DNA of 63,855 nt, filler included, from Octopus bimaculoides (GCF_001194135.2; 9 parts of 8 records of this genome joined end to end with filler, not necessarily neighbours in it), one strand, 5' to 3'. Shown: positions 50,653 to 63,855, numbered from the whole stretch's first letter. Notes: generated from the sequence alone by a model not told the origin. Numbers and translations are program-made.

Positions 50653-53067
50653 GTCCTCCCTCCGTTTGTTTTCATATTGGTTTAATACAAATTTTTTTTA
50701 CACTAATTACACTCTTTTTTTTTTTTTTTGTGGCAGGGTGTTAAAGCAAACATTAACCCGGCATTCTACTGTGGCGGAGGTAAATAATACGCACACCATC
50801 AGTTTTCGGCGTAACAAAGACCATAACCCTAAATATCAGGTGTGCGTATTCTTTACCTTCAACCCTGCTGGTTACTGTTTACTTCATACGTATTTGACAG
50901 CATATAAGACGCGCCCCTATTTTACAAAAAAAAAAATGTTTTTAGGGGCTGGGGGTTATATAAATCTAGTATGTTTCATCATAAACTTATTTAATGAGAT
51001 TTTAAAGTGGTTTTGTAGGGAAAAAATGTATGATTCTGAATATGTAAATACATCATTATGATAGTATACTAGAATAAAATATGAAACCATAAATTTATCA
51101 TAAATAATTACGGTTATGGGCATACCGTATTTCAACTTCTTTCCGATCAACTGCAGAGTTGCTTATATTTTGTTCAATAGAGTTGCTATGCAGGATGTGA
51201 AACTAGTATTTCTTGTTGTGATGATATAAGTCATTGCTATTGGTTTTTAAGGTGATGCACCACTGCTATGGCCTTGTTGCCATCCACTCGTTGAAAATAA
51301 CCTCAGGCAGATGAAAGTTTGACATTTCTTTCATCTTTTTAGGAAATTAGATAATTAAAGGAATGTTTCTTAAAGGTAACAAAATCATTAAATAAGGTAA
51401 GACATATCCGGAGTAGATTACGAATACTGAGGAAAGTGGTATAATGAGACTAAGCAATTTTTCGTTAATTTGTACTAACAGACTGATAATTTGGCATGTT
51501 CTCAACATTATATCATTACTAACATGTATTGTACCTAGCAGAGGTATGCTCATCCGGCTCCCTAGTTTATGTCACTCAGTCTTACATCCGTAATTTTTGG
51601 ATGTATTTATAAAAAAAAATGTTTTTTTAACGCATCTTCATACGTCGGTAAATAAAACCTACTTTTCATAAGGTGAATACTTTCACTTTCCAGAGCGTGG
51701 TGTATGGAAAAGGAGTACTTTCTAACACAAACTGCTACATTTTGAAAATTTTGCAATTTTTATGAAATTTATGTGCCAATCTTGATTCACACAAGAACAT
51801 AAATGCGACCGACAAACAGGATGTGTTCTATCTGTCTTCCGTCCCCACAAACATCCTTTTTCTCTTTTAATGGCTTGAGGAGAAAAGAAATGGTAACGTG
51901 GCGATGTTCCTAAAGAATAGAGTTGGAAAAATTCCAATGCGCCAAAAACCGCAATTTTTTCGGATGTATATGTTTCAAAGATAGATTACAATTCGAGCAG
52001 GAGCGGGGGTGGGGTGGAATGTTCCCACTTTTCGTAATTTTTCAGTTCTGACTTTCTTTAAAACTTTTTTTCAGATATATGCTTTAAACGCCTGTGATTA
52101 TGGTTCGTAAAAAATATGCTTTTTCGAATCTGGAAAAAAAAAAAAAGCTTTCGAAAAAGCTTAAAACTTAAAATTTACAGGGAAAGGGTAGTATAGGAGC
52201 ACCACCATCTCTACCCTCCCCCCCATTATTTTTTTCTTTTCAGATTTGCAATCTATGATAATTTTTAAAAAGTACAATTTTTAGCGCACAAGTCAATTTC
52301 TAAATCTATTCTTTAAAACAACCCAAAAAACGTCATGGCTCTATTTAGGGCCTTGAAAACCAACTATCACAGTCGACGTTGAACCCCTGAAGGTTTTTGG
52401 TAAGTTCACAGCAGCACTCTACACAGCTGTGAACANNNNNNNNNNNNNNNNNNNNNNNNNNNNNNNNNNNNNNNNNNNNTTAATTAATTAANNNNNNNNN
52501 NNNNNNNNNNNNNNNNNNNNNNNNNNNNNNNNNNNTATATATGTATATATATGTATATATATATATATATATATGCATACATGCACACACGCCTATATGT
52601 GTGTGCGTACGGCTCTGTGTGCATGTGTATGTTTGCCTGTGTTCCTCTAAAATACAAGATAAATAAGTGAATAGCGAAATAGAAAATATGATATAAATTA
52701 AAAAAGAAAAAAAAGATTTTTAAGCGAAACGAAATCGATAAATAAATACATAAATAACAAAAATTCTAAAAAGAAAAATACAAATCTAAAATAGAAATAA
52801 ATAAAATTGAATAATAAATAAAGATTTATTATCTTTTTAAACTAATATCAATTTACAACTAGTTGTAACCCTACCGCTCTACCCATTCCTATTTCTTTGC
52901 ATAGCTGTGACTATGTGTATGTACACACACACACACATGCTTTCTTTCACACAGACACATAGACACACACACACATGTATATTTACATGAAAAAACATAT
53001 ATGTTCACATACATGCGTACATATATGTACACAAATATTTAAATACATATAAATTATATACATATAA

Positions 53068-53100
<33 letters not shown>

Positions 53101-54127
53101 AACGTACCCGGTTTATGAAGAACATATGTGTGTGTATGTTTGTGCAAGTAATTAATGTACTGCTATGGGAATTCACTCGTCTATATAACTATCTGTGCAC
53201 ATATTTCAATCTATACGAAAATAGTTGTATGTGCGTGTGTGTATGCAAGCATTTTATTAAGCATACACAGAAAAATAATGTGTACAATAATCCATCTACA
53301 TATGTACAGACATACATACATGCATATATATGCATACATACATGTGTATGTACATACATACGTATATATCTATATGTACATGAATGTATATGCATATGTA
53401 TACGTACATATGCATATTCCTATGTAAATATGGTCTCATTTAAGAATCAAATACAGCATGGATATTCCATATTAATGTTCAATGCTCCCATATTTGACGG
53501 GACTTCAATTGAAAGCCAGTTTTGTGAACACATCTCCAGCACACAAATCTATCTCCGCTAGGAGCTACGAATCAATGGAGGATTCGTAACTCAGGTATCG
53601 AAACCGCTAGAAATATCAGCCAAACGCCGTTTTAGTCATTGTGTTTCATATTCTGTCAGATTGTAAATTTGTGTAAAATTTATTTATTGGATCATCTTGA
53701 AGAGAAAGGCGATACTTAATGACACAGTTATATATATCGTGAAGTATATTGTGAAACAATTGTAAATTTATGCTATGAAAAACAAATTTGCATCGCACCA
53801 AGTTAGTAAAATTAACGCATCTTATTCCCTTTCAAGATTTCTGGCTCCAGAACAAGGATGTTTTTCATTCTTTCCATCATCAATATACAACACACCGAAA
53901 TGGGTTTTCGGTTCTTTCTATCGTGGAATAAAAAAGTCATTAAGACACCAACCGAAACATGGTCGTCCATAATGTTGTTCCAGTCTACATTTAAACCCCG
54001 AAAATATGGAATTAAGGCGAGCTACAAAGAAAAGGAGCAACATCAAATAAAAATTTAAGACTAAGATTTTGCCTTCATTTTCAAAATCTAGATAAGCATA
54101 GGAAAACATGTACATGTAAGTATATAC

Positions 54128-54160
<33 letters not shown>

Positions 54161-54260
54161 NNNNNNNNNNNNNNNNNNNNNNNNNNNNNNNNNNNNNNNN
54201 NNNNTTAATTAATTAANNNNNNNNNNNNNNNNNNNNNNNNNNNNNNNNNNNNNNNNNNNN

Positions 54261-54296
<36 letters not shown>

Positions 54297-54301
<5 letters not shown>

Positions 54302-54459
54302 CGTCGGCCTTCTTTCAGATTCCACCAAATCTACTCACAAGGCTTTGGTCGGCGCGAGGCTATAGTAGAATACACTTGCCCAAGGTTCCACGCAGTGGTA
54401 CTGAACCCGGAACCATGTGCTTAGTAAGCAAGCTGCTTACCATACAGCCACTCCTGTGC
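54297..54459 (-). mobile_element. tRNA-SINE head, minus strand
   Basis: CTTCTTTCAG...CTCACAAGGCTTTGGTCGGC..GAGGCTATAGTAGAA.ACACTTGCCCAAGG..CCACGCAGTGG.ACTGAACCCGGAACCATGTG. Confidence 0.75.
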
Positions 54460-54597
54460 ATATCTATATGTGTATGTGTGTGTGCGATTGTTTGTATTTG
54501 CATGATGTGTGTGTGCATGTATATATATATACACACACATATATATATATATATGTGTGTGTGAGTGTGTGTGTGTGTGTATGCATGCATATATGTA

Positions 54598-54631
<34 letters not shown>

Positions 54632-55199
54632 TGAAGCTACTTATTAGCATATAATCTTTCATTTAATCACCTGTGTGTACAAATTATGAATCAGATACTA
54701 TAAATAGAAACATATCCGCCCTCATAATCTTTTATCTCCTCCATCATTTCTTGTTTCTCTTTCAGCATCATACTTTTGTCCTTTTGTCTCTGTTATTCTT
54801 TTTTTCATTTTTTCTTAATTTGCTTTCTTTTTTTTTTCTTACTAAGCGTCCAGTTTCGGTTTCTTGTTTTATCGAATCACGTCACGATCACCATCAACAG
54901 TCCTCGCCACCTCCTCCCCTACCAATACAACTATCACCACCACCATTAGCACATCACCATTAGCGTCATCCCCTTCCACATCATTATCATCTTTATCCTT
55001 ACCATCACCAATATTAGTAGTAGTATTTTTGTTAATTTGTTAATATCATTTCTTGTTAAAATTGTATTATAGAAATCAAATGTTTCTCGGGTCGGATTAA
55101 GGAATTATTTAAGAGATGTATTACTAAAGAATTTATTAATAATTAGCCTTGTGTCTCTCTGAAAATGAAAAATTAGATCAGAATCTGTCAGTTTCAGCA

Positions 55200-56000
55200 A
55201 ATTTGCAGCAATAATGGAGACTAGATAAGCAGATGAGATTGTCAACCGATTACTCTACGCGAAGATAAAAGGCATTGCTTGGGACATAGTGGAATGAGAA
55301 TGGCCCTCAATCACACCGTCGATAAGAACCACAAAATAAGCTATGTTCGATAAAGGAGGCGTACTGATGTCATGAAATCCGTTTGATAGTATTGGACAGC
55401 AAATGAGAATCTTGGCAACACGGCTACGCTTAGAAATTTAATGTAAACCAGTATTCGTATACTACACCATTCGAGTAAATGCGCCTGGCCTTTCAGTGGC
55501 ATCTTGCTAAGGTGTTTGCAAATAACGACGAACATGAGACGGTGAGTGTTGATGCTTACTCACCGAGCAACTGCGCCTCTAGGCCGAGACACAACTACTG
55601 TTACATTCTTACCTTCATTGAAAGCTTAACTGCATTGGAAATGAAAGCGAACTTCTTCGGGATGCATGCAGTTCGATGAATCTGTCACGTAGCGTGCTTT
55701 TATTATACGTGCATTACATATGATTTGCAAGTTTATTTCGAACAGCCAGCATGCTTATGGAGCAGTTATTATTCGGTTATTATTCAGGCAATCGTGAAGA
55801 TTGCCTCACAATACGAAACAATTAGAATTTCTCTGTCACTTGGCAATGGACAGGGAAGTTGTATCAGAAACGCGGCTAGAAGTTATGCGGACGAGCGTTT
55901 TCATTGAAGGCCAAACAGACACCAAGCTTTTGTATGAGGTGAAGAGATAGGTGAGTGTAAAGACGATGCCATACAGGAAAATTTATGAAAGGGAGTTCAG
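55200..56000 (+). pseudogene. Possible highly decayed LINE apurinic-endonuclease region
   Basis: Fragments KIKGIAWDIV, TVSVDAYSPSN and GQTDTKLL loosely match ..KWDIIGLSE, IIxxYAPT and GSDHRLL. Weak similarity. Confidence 0.3.
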
Positions 56001-56399
56001 AGTGCCGCAATTGTCGCAGCCCAATGAGGCGACATTTAACTATGTAGTGGTTGGCTCATTACACAAACGATATGTTGGTATTTCCACAGTTCCAAATATC
56101 GTAGATTTTATGGCAAATAAAATACCGTTGGCACGTCGGAAAAAGTAATTCGAGGCGGTTTCTTCTGATTCTTTGCGTTCTAAGTTCGAATCACGCCGAT
56201 GTCAACTTTGCGTTTCATCAATACGAGGCACATAAAATAGAATACCCGTAACATTCTGGAGGTCGATGTAATTAACTTCCATCTAACTCTAGACTACTAG
56301 CCGTGTGACAAAATTGGAAAAAAAAAATTATTATTATAGAAGACATCGCACAGTATCCAATACTGTGATGTAGATTGAAGATATTCTGTGTACCGAGGA

Positions 56400-56640
56400 T
56401 TTGTACTTCCAGTCAAGTCACAACAGGACCACAAACAGACAGTACTTTGCGTAGTGTGCGTGTAATTCCAAGTGAAGCCTATTTTTCAGTGCACCAAGAT
56501 TGTAGGGTATTTCTAAAATGTCCTGATGTTTCTTGAGGTTGGTTGGTATTGAACCTAATGCTCCATGACAACAGGAACGAACATTGTTTGAAATTCGCGG
56601 TTGCCACATCTCGGCGATTTCAACTTTGAGGTAACTACAT
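56400..56640 (-). mobile_element. C-terminus of an R4/Dong-type (restriction-like endonuclease) non-LTR retrotransposon
   Basis: EIAEMWQP...GALGSIPTNLKKHQDILEIPYNLGALK matches the EI.KMW....PVVIGALG.I...L..HL..L...LQK pattern. Confidence 0.65.
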
Positions 56641-56684
56641 CTTTTACTATTTCACTTCTATCAGTTATTTTACTGTTGCCTTTA

Positions 56685-56845
56685 CTTGAGCACGTTGACC
56701 CCAGGAATTATTCTTTCTAAGCCTAGTACTTATTCTATCGGTTACTTTTGCCGAACCGCTAAGTTACAGGGACGTAAACACACCAGCATCGGTTGTCAAG
56801 TGATGTTGAGGGGACAAATACAGACACACAAATATATACACTCAT

Positions 56846-56876
<31 letters not shown>

Positions 56877-57040
56877 CGACGGGCTTCTTTCAGTTTCCGT
56901 CAACCAAATCCGCTCACGAGGCTTTGGTCGGCCCAAGGCTATAGTAAAAGACACTTGCCCAATGTGCCACGCAGTGGGACTGAACTCGGAACCATGTGGT
57001 TGGTAAGCAAGCTACTTACCACACAGCCACTTCTACGCCT
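56685..57040 (-). mobile_element. Near-complete Octopus-type tRNA-derived SINE, minus strand
   Basis: Reverse complement of the 19395-19707 family, including head, internal TA repeat and tail (CTAAGCCTAGTACTTATTCTATCGG...GCCGAACCGCTAAGTTACAGGGACGTAAACA). Confidence 0.8.
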
Positions 57041-57259
57041 CTGTTAACCTTTACTTATCTTTTTTTTTTTTTCATACGTCGATCTCCGACCACTGCCCCG
57101 TCGATAATTTGGCAATCTTGCTTGTCCTTCCTAAAGGTTACTATATCCGACCTTCGGTGTTTTAACAGCCTGTCTATCTGGAAGTCAAATTGCCAGTAGA
57201 TCTTTCCCTTCTTGTTTTCGTCCATTATATGTTGGTCCCAAGAACCCGTTACTTCACAC

Positions 57260-57445
57260 CGCCAAAAATTCTTAGCGGCATTTCGACCGTTTTAACGTTA
57301 AGTTCAAATTCCGACAAATTCGATATTGTCTTTCATCCTTTAGGAATGGATAAAATACGTACCAGTTGAACACTGGGGTCGATGAAATCGACTTGCCCTA
57401 CTCCCCCGTAATTGTTGGCCTTGTGCCATAATTTGAAAACAGTAT
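57260..57445 (+). mobile_element. SINE (MetaSINE-like family) with an (ATT)n tail
   Basis: CTTAGCGGCATTTCG...AGTTCAAATTCC...CTTTCATCCTTT...GATAAAATA.GTACCAGTTGAACACTGGGGTCGATG. Confidence 0.65.
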
Positions 57446-57459
57446 TATTATTATCCTCG

Positions 57460-57496
<37 letters not shown>

Positions 57497-58534
57497 CATC
57501 ATTATTGAGTTGTTGGTGCTATTAATATTGTTACTCCCATCCTTTTCAATTATATCATTTGTTGTTTTTGATTGGTTTTGATATTGTCTTATTGTTTCAC
57601 TTTCTTTCTATTAACGTGTACTTGTGTTATAATATCATTGAAATTGGCGTCACCGTCAATGTTTTCATTGGCTTCGGACGGTATTAGTCTGCCATCGCTT
57701 TTTCTGTTATCTTTCCCATCGATCTATTTCGATTGAAGATTAAGATTTCTTGTTGTTCTTCATGTTGACATTAATATTCTTGTGCGTGCGAGTTTGTGCG
57801 TAGATGCTTATATGTGCGAGGCTATGTGTAGCTATTACGGGTTTTGTATGGCAATGTGTAGCAATGTATAGTTATGTGTGAGTATCAGTAAAATGTAGGA
57901 TTTCCAGATCGCTATATCATATGTTTGGACAATATAAAATATATATAACATATATATTGATAAAATATTAAAAAAAAGAACAGAAATAATAGTGAACATA
58001 GAAGATGAACAAGATGAGAACAAATGATGAACCAAAACAAAACAAGATTAAAAACGAGATACAAATTATTGTATAGTTATCTACAAACATTCTGAAAACG
58101 AATGGAACCAGCAGAAATGCCATTCCTATATATATATATATATATATNNNNNNNNNNNNNNNNNNNNNNNNNNNNNNNNNNNNNNNNNNNNNNNNNNNNN
58201 NNNNNNNNNNNNNNNNNNNNNNNNNNNNNNNNNNNNNNNNNNNNNNNNNNNNNNNNNNNNNNNNNNNNNNNNNNNNNNNNNNNNNNNNNNNNNNNNNNNN
58301 NNNNNNNNNNNNNNNNNNNNNNNNNNNNNNNNNNNNNNNNNNNNNNNNNNNNNNNNNNNNNNNNNNNNNNNNNNNNNNNNNNNNNNNNNNNNNNNNNNNN
58401 NNNNNNNNNNNNNNNNNNNNNNNNNNNNNNNNNNNNNNNNNNNNNNNNNNNNNNNNNNNNNNNNNNNNNNNNNNNNNNNNNNNNNNNNNNNNNNNNNNNN
58501 NNNNNNNNNNNNNNNNNNNNNNNNNNNNNNNNNN

Positions 58535-58576
<42 letters not shown>

Positions 58577-59238
58577 CACGCGCGTAATACTAAAACTATA
58601 ATTAACTCGAAGACGAGGTAAGAGAACTAACATAAATATTCCATTAGGATAAGCCAAGATAGAAAGAAATGCATTTCATGTTACGAGTATAAGCTTGTCA
58701 ATAGAAAGAATCGACCAGCAGAGAGGGAACCGTGGATCGATGATAAAAATGTGTCTCTATTAGTGTCACTGCATGCTGAAATGACTGGAAGTAGTAAGCG
58801 GTCATTTGAAGCCTTGGTGGTAAGGGAGACAACTATGAATATGGCATATGGAAATGTATATGTCAGCACACGCGTGTGTGTATGTAGCTAATGTACGAGA
58901 GCATATTCTTTGTTTCTACATTTGTATATGTACATTTGCGTTTATGTATGTGCAAACGTGTGTGTATGAAGCTATTGTGTGTGTATAATTGTGTCTGTGT
59001 ATATGTGTGTGTGCCGTTGTTTCTGCTTTTGTTTGTGTATGAGGATACTGACATATATGCGCATCTAGGTGTGTGTGTGTGTGCGTGTATGAAGCCACTA
59101 TGTGTTTGTACATTCGTGCGTGCTTCTGTGTGTCCTTGTGTGTTTGCGTATTTGTATATATGTATGCATGTATGTGTAGATGTGTCCACTCGTTTTTGTC
59201 TCTTACCGATTGAAAACACGTATCAGTTTGCTTCCGCC

Positions 59239-59314
59239 ACCATAGCCGAACGGTGCAGGGAAAATACAACCATAGCCGAACGGTGCAGGGAAAATACAAC
59301 CATAGCCGAACGGT
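59239..59314. repeat. 30-bp minisatellite, ~2.5 copies
   Basis: Unit ACCATAGCCGAACGGTGCAGGGAAAATACA: two perfect copies plus a partial third. Confidence 0.9.
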
Positions 59315-61831
59315 ACAAGAAAAAGTGCTCCAGTGAAGAAGACCGTAACATAAAATAAGTACTTTGATTGGTCTCCTCGACTTTAAACCAACTGAGTCCG
59401 TGTTGTATCATCATATTCCAGTGAGTGAAACAAATAAAAGAAATTATTACTTTAAATGAATCGTATGTAAGTTTATGTTAAGAATCCTCTCCTACATCGA
59501 ATTCAGCATGCAACATACAGGCGTATTTAAAAGGTTAAGTTAACATTAATATAATATATACAACAAGGTTTCAAAACCTAACCGTAGCTAATCGCGGAAG
59601 AAAACAGTTAGTCATTGATAATTAATTGTTTAATTATATCGCAAACTCCAGGAGAAATGCAGAATATGTTTGCATCTTTATCATTATTCCAACCATATAT
59701 TTCAAAGTATTTTTTTTTCAAATATGTTGATGAAGTTCAAAATAAATTACAATAATTTACATAAGAGAGAAAAAGCAAGTAGCCTGGACGCCATAGACAT
59801 GTGTTCTTGGGCGAAACGTCATTTCAGGTGACATCATTTCACCATTACTGTAAACGAATAATTCTTTAATAGATTGCAGTATTGTTCAGAAGGAATGTTT
59901 TGATTTTGATCAGTCACACGCCATGGATACCGACTAACCACTCATACGATTACTAGGACTCGAGATTGGAATATCTTCCGAGTTTAACTGCAGAAAAGAT
60001 AAGCGTATTTGCACTTTGGCGCATACATACATACATACATATGTTACTCTATCCAGGTTACAAGTTCAGGTTTGCGCCTGTAATTATTTGGGCCCTGGGA
60101 TATGCAACACACAGCCTAAGCCCTCAATCTTGAGAAATTAGGCTTCTTAAAATCAGAAAGGAGAAAACTAATTCGAGGACTACAGATTCAATCCATCAGT
60201 GGAAATGTAAAAATGTGTAAAACTTTCCAGAAGTTTGATTTAAATATATATGAGCCTGTCTAGATATGCAACTATATGCTTGAGAATACATACGTAAAAC
60301 ATACAAATCTGCATATACATACACACACACATATATAAATATATACATATATACATCCATATGTATATGCATACATACATACATACATGCATACACTAAA
60401 ATAATACTCTGTTGTTGATGTTAAAATTTCAATGAAAAAGCCTTGGATCTAGGTTAGAAACCGATTGTTTCTCTATTGGCAAGAATTCTTGAAATAAACT
60501 GAATAATAATGACATACATACATACATACACATACACTTAAATCCACGCACACACACACACATACATACATACATAATACAAATATACATACAAACATAC
60601 ATGCATGCATGCATGCATACATACATACATACATACATACACACATACATACATAGGTTTTGTTAGTAAATGCTTCGTGGAGAATCTGGATAAACTGGGA
60701 TTTTCAGAAAGTGAAATTGACGGCTGATTCGTACATTACAAGTGCAGTCTGTGAGGGGAACAGTAAACATATTCAAGACTATCTACAAGTTCCATCTGAA
60801 AGATGGAGCCTTGTATCTTTGTTGGAAACTGGCTCTTAAAACCGGCTCTTAAAAAGAGAAGAGACATACAGGCTTTCTCTAACCGACTTCTTCTGAAAAT
60901 ACATTCTTAAAACATTCGTAGCAAATCCCACTTGACCATTAGCTCCGGTGTTTGGTGAGAGCAGAGGCTTCATTAAATCCTTACACTGCCTTTGGCGTGA
61001 CTACCATTAATGTGCGTAAAATTTCATTCAACTAGATATGGCTCAGCATACCTGCTACTTTTGATTAAAACCGTTTTTTCAATGCTATGTCTGTCTTCTC
61101 GCCGCAGGTTCAATGTAAATTAATCTTTTTTTCAACGCATAAGGATATCAGCTGTGAAATTTAATTTTCCAGCACGTTTTTATTTTTTACTTTGACATTA
61201 GTTCAATCAGTCCCAAGGCGACTACTAAAGGTGAGCAATCTGCTATTTATTTCTAACTCTTCTCAAAGTGTTTAAATTATACACCATATCTCACTACTAA
61301 AAGACGGAAGAGTTCCATTGCGAACTTTGAAAATTACCGCTTCATTTTTAATTGTAACAAAATAATTGCGAATGTAACAAAGTTTGTGTGATGGTAAGCA
61401 AGTCTTTATCGTTTGTTAATTTGAACAAAAACGAAAGAAAGAGATTAATCCAGTTCGTTAATCAGCCATGTATTAATTTAACGAAGTCTTTTCATAAACT
61501 TTGCTTGGCATGCCTTGGAACGATTCTGTGATTTTCAAACAGAATTAAAACTCAACCAAAGTAATTACACACTGACACTTGTAGAAATAGCTGTATTTGA
61601 AATCCGTAATTATTTCAAAATATCAGCAAAGAAACGTTACCATTGCAAGCAAAGACAATGGATGATGTTATATAGATTTAACAGTAAACAAATTCACTTA
61701 CACAGGAATGAAAATACATGCGTGAATTTGTTATGTGAGCAACTGTGCGCTCCTGTTTTTACATATATATGTATCTCACTCTTGCACATTCTTCTCTATT
61801 CCTCTTCTCTCTCTCTCTCTGTCTCTCCCCT

Positions 61832-61932
<101 letters not shown>

Positions 61933-62029
61933 TCAGTAAATAGTGGGGTTGTGTTAACCGCACGTGGATAAATAATAGGAAAATGAAAAAAAAGCCAGAA
62001 TGCTGAACTGGAAGCATAATTTAATAAAG

Positions 62030-62548
62030 ATTTTTTCTAACCGGTTTTCATTGCGAAGGAGCAAATTATCAAGGAGAATGAAAATGTCTTTTTACAAGGA
62101 AGTACAAAATGAAGAAAATAATATATAAAACAATAATATATACAAGAAAAAAAATATACCCATACATTAGATTGTCTTTGAGCTTTGTAGTTCAATAGTA
62201 GTTCATGTATAAATTGGTAGGAAAAATAAGGATGCATGAGAGTTGAGAGTTTTGTTAGGTTTAAAAAAAGGGTTAAAAGTTTGTGTTAAGCAGGAAATGT
62301 GGTGTCAAAACAGGAAGTGGAGACAAGTGTTTTTAGTTAGAGTTATGAACTCTTTTTTTCCCAACAGGAAGTTTGTCTCTGTTCATAGAGAAATATGGTC
62401 ACTGAGGGGTGTGTGTGTTAAGAAATGGTTGGAATTTCTCTATGAAAAGATTCTCCTTGTTGATTCTTTCTTGTGTGGAGATTCTGTCTTTACATTGATA
62501 GAAAGGGAATATAATGAATTTAGGGTTTTTGTTTCTGGCGCAAGAGTC
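62030..62548 (-). mobile_element. 3' end of a second Penelope-like element (GIY-YIG C-terminus and pseudo-LTR)
   Basis: Minus strand DSCARNKNPKFIIFPFYQCKDRISTQERINKENLFIEKFQPFLN matches the C...F.IFPFY....R..KE..FI.KF.P.LN terminus. A decayed hammerhead-like motif lies downstream at 62031-62079. Confidence 0.7.
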
Positions 62549-62650
62549 TANNNNNNNNNNNNNNNNNNNNNNNNNNNNNNNNNNNNNNNNNNNNTTAATT
62601 AATTAANNNNNNNNNNNNNNNNNNNNNNNNNNNNNNNNNNNNNNNNNNNN

Positions 62651-62770
62651 AACCCGGTTTTGGGTTCAATCCTACTGTGTAGCATCTTGAGTAAGTGTCT
62701 CTTACTGCAGCCTCGGGCTGACCAAAGACTTGTTAGTGGATCTGGTAGATGGAAACTGAAAGAAGCATTA
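62651..62770 (+). mobile_element. tRNA-SINE head fragment
   Basis: GGGTTCAATCCTACTG...GAGTAAGTGTCT...GCCTCGGGCTGACCAAAGACTTGT.AGTGGATCTGGTAGATGGAAACTGAAAGAAGC. Confidence 0.7.
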
Positions 62771-63397
62771 TAGTTTATATATATATATACTAGCAGTATA
62801 ACCCGACCTTGTCTGGGTGTGACTTATTAAGCCATCTACGATAAGTGTTGCTAGGTTAAAATCAACTAAAAAAGAAAGCCTTACAACGAAAAAACCCTTA
62901 TGATGTAAATATGTTCATAATTCAAAAGACGATGAAACTAATAGGGAAAGTCTGAAGGCTGTTTTGTGTAACATTAATAAGCGTACGTAAATTTCATCCG
63001 TCTAATTGGCTATAGAAATGCTTGTGCAAAACAACTTTTGCGCTGCCCTGATTATACATAGCAGGGTAATCCCTTTTCGCAGGAGCTAGGACGGCAATTT
63101 CTGATGAAGTAATTGCTGGCGATCTGTTGGTACACAGTTTTGCCAGAATTTTATAAGATTGGGCAGAAGATGTTGATGCACCATTTTGCATTATGTTCAA
63201 AGTAGCTTCTGAAATGTGGTGAATTGCTGCTGTCTGTTGCTGTCATTTTAAACTGATTGTTTTCTTTCCCCTGCAAACTCTCTACTTTGGAGGCATAATC
63301 TATGTATATATTAAACAGAACAACAAAAGTTATAATAGATGGCAGGTTCGGTACTTTTCACATTTCTGTAATTTTTCAGATTAACACCCGCACGTTT

Positions 63398-63538
63398 ACC
63401 CAATCCTAACCCTAAAACCCTAAACCTAACACTAACACTAACCCTAGACCCTAACTCTAACCCTAAAACCCTAACCCTGACCCTAAAACCATAACTGTAA
63501 CACTAACCCTATTCCTAACCATAACCCTAACACCCTAG
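63398..63538. repeat. Degenerate telomere-like (CCCTAA)n tract
   Basis: CCTAACCCTAAAACCCTAAACCTAACACTAACACTAACCCTAGACCCTAACTCTAACCCTAAAACCCTAACCCTGACCCT... Confidence 0.85.
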
Positions 63539-63855
63539 TGAAAATCGTGGTATATTTACGAAACATTGACGAACTTGAGTTATATTTTAGTGAATGATTG
63601 TGTACTTGCACGTGTATTCATTTGAGAGAGTGAGAGAGGAAGAGGTAGAGAGAGGGGGAGGAAGGAATAAAGAACGGGAGCAATGAAGAGAGAGAAAGAG
63701 AGGATAGGAGAACGGAAGACAGTTAGCAATGGGTGCACGTGTTTATATAAGAAAGACACAGAAACTAAATCTTATATCTATAATGTTGATGTGTGTATGT
63801 TGTTCTCACAGATCACATATGTGTGGTTGTGTGTGTTTTTACGTTTCTATGTTAT

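Noticed and set aside
49595-50744. ORFs of 311-362 aa spanning 49.6-50.7 kb
   Set aside because: Almost entirely N-gap translation.
59239-59314. Direct repeats as a possible CRISPR array
   Set aside because: The repeats are contiguous with no spacers and the context is eukaryotic. Nothing else in the window has a repeat-spacer structure.
62994-63200. Minus-strand ORF with AITSSEIAVL resembling Helitron Rep APTxxEVAVL
   Set aside because: The match is too short and its orientation conflicts with the possible Helitron-like start at ~62789.

Overview
AT-rich animal genomic DNA, most likely an Octopus species or another coleoid cephalopod. That assignment is an inference from recalled Octopus-type tRNA-SINE and RTE tails plus very dense CA/TA/CATA microsatellites. 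About a tenth of the window is N, and eight 100-bp scaffold joins each carry an artificial TTAATTAATTAA spacer, so segment order is not guaranteed. Almost every long ORF in the supplied track is a microsatellite or N artefact. The only host gene I recognise is one minus-strand coding exon (33776-33902) of a class II (plant PRS3/PRS4-like) ribose-phosphate pyrophosphokinase. The rest is mostly decayed mobile DNA: a full-length hAT with TIRs and an 8-bp TSD, Charlie-hAT, Tc1/mariner, Helitron, possible Harbinger and Sola remnants, piggyBac- and Tc1-type MITEs, RTE and R4/Dong LINE fragments, several SINE families, and two Penelope-like elements with hammerhead-ribozyme remnants. One Penelope-like element carries a tRNA-like Pol III cassette in its 3' end. 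I found no CRISPR array, rRNA or intact tRNA gene. All family calls come from manual translation and motif recall, with no database search, and repeat boundaries are approximate unless TIRs or TSDs are quoted.
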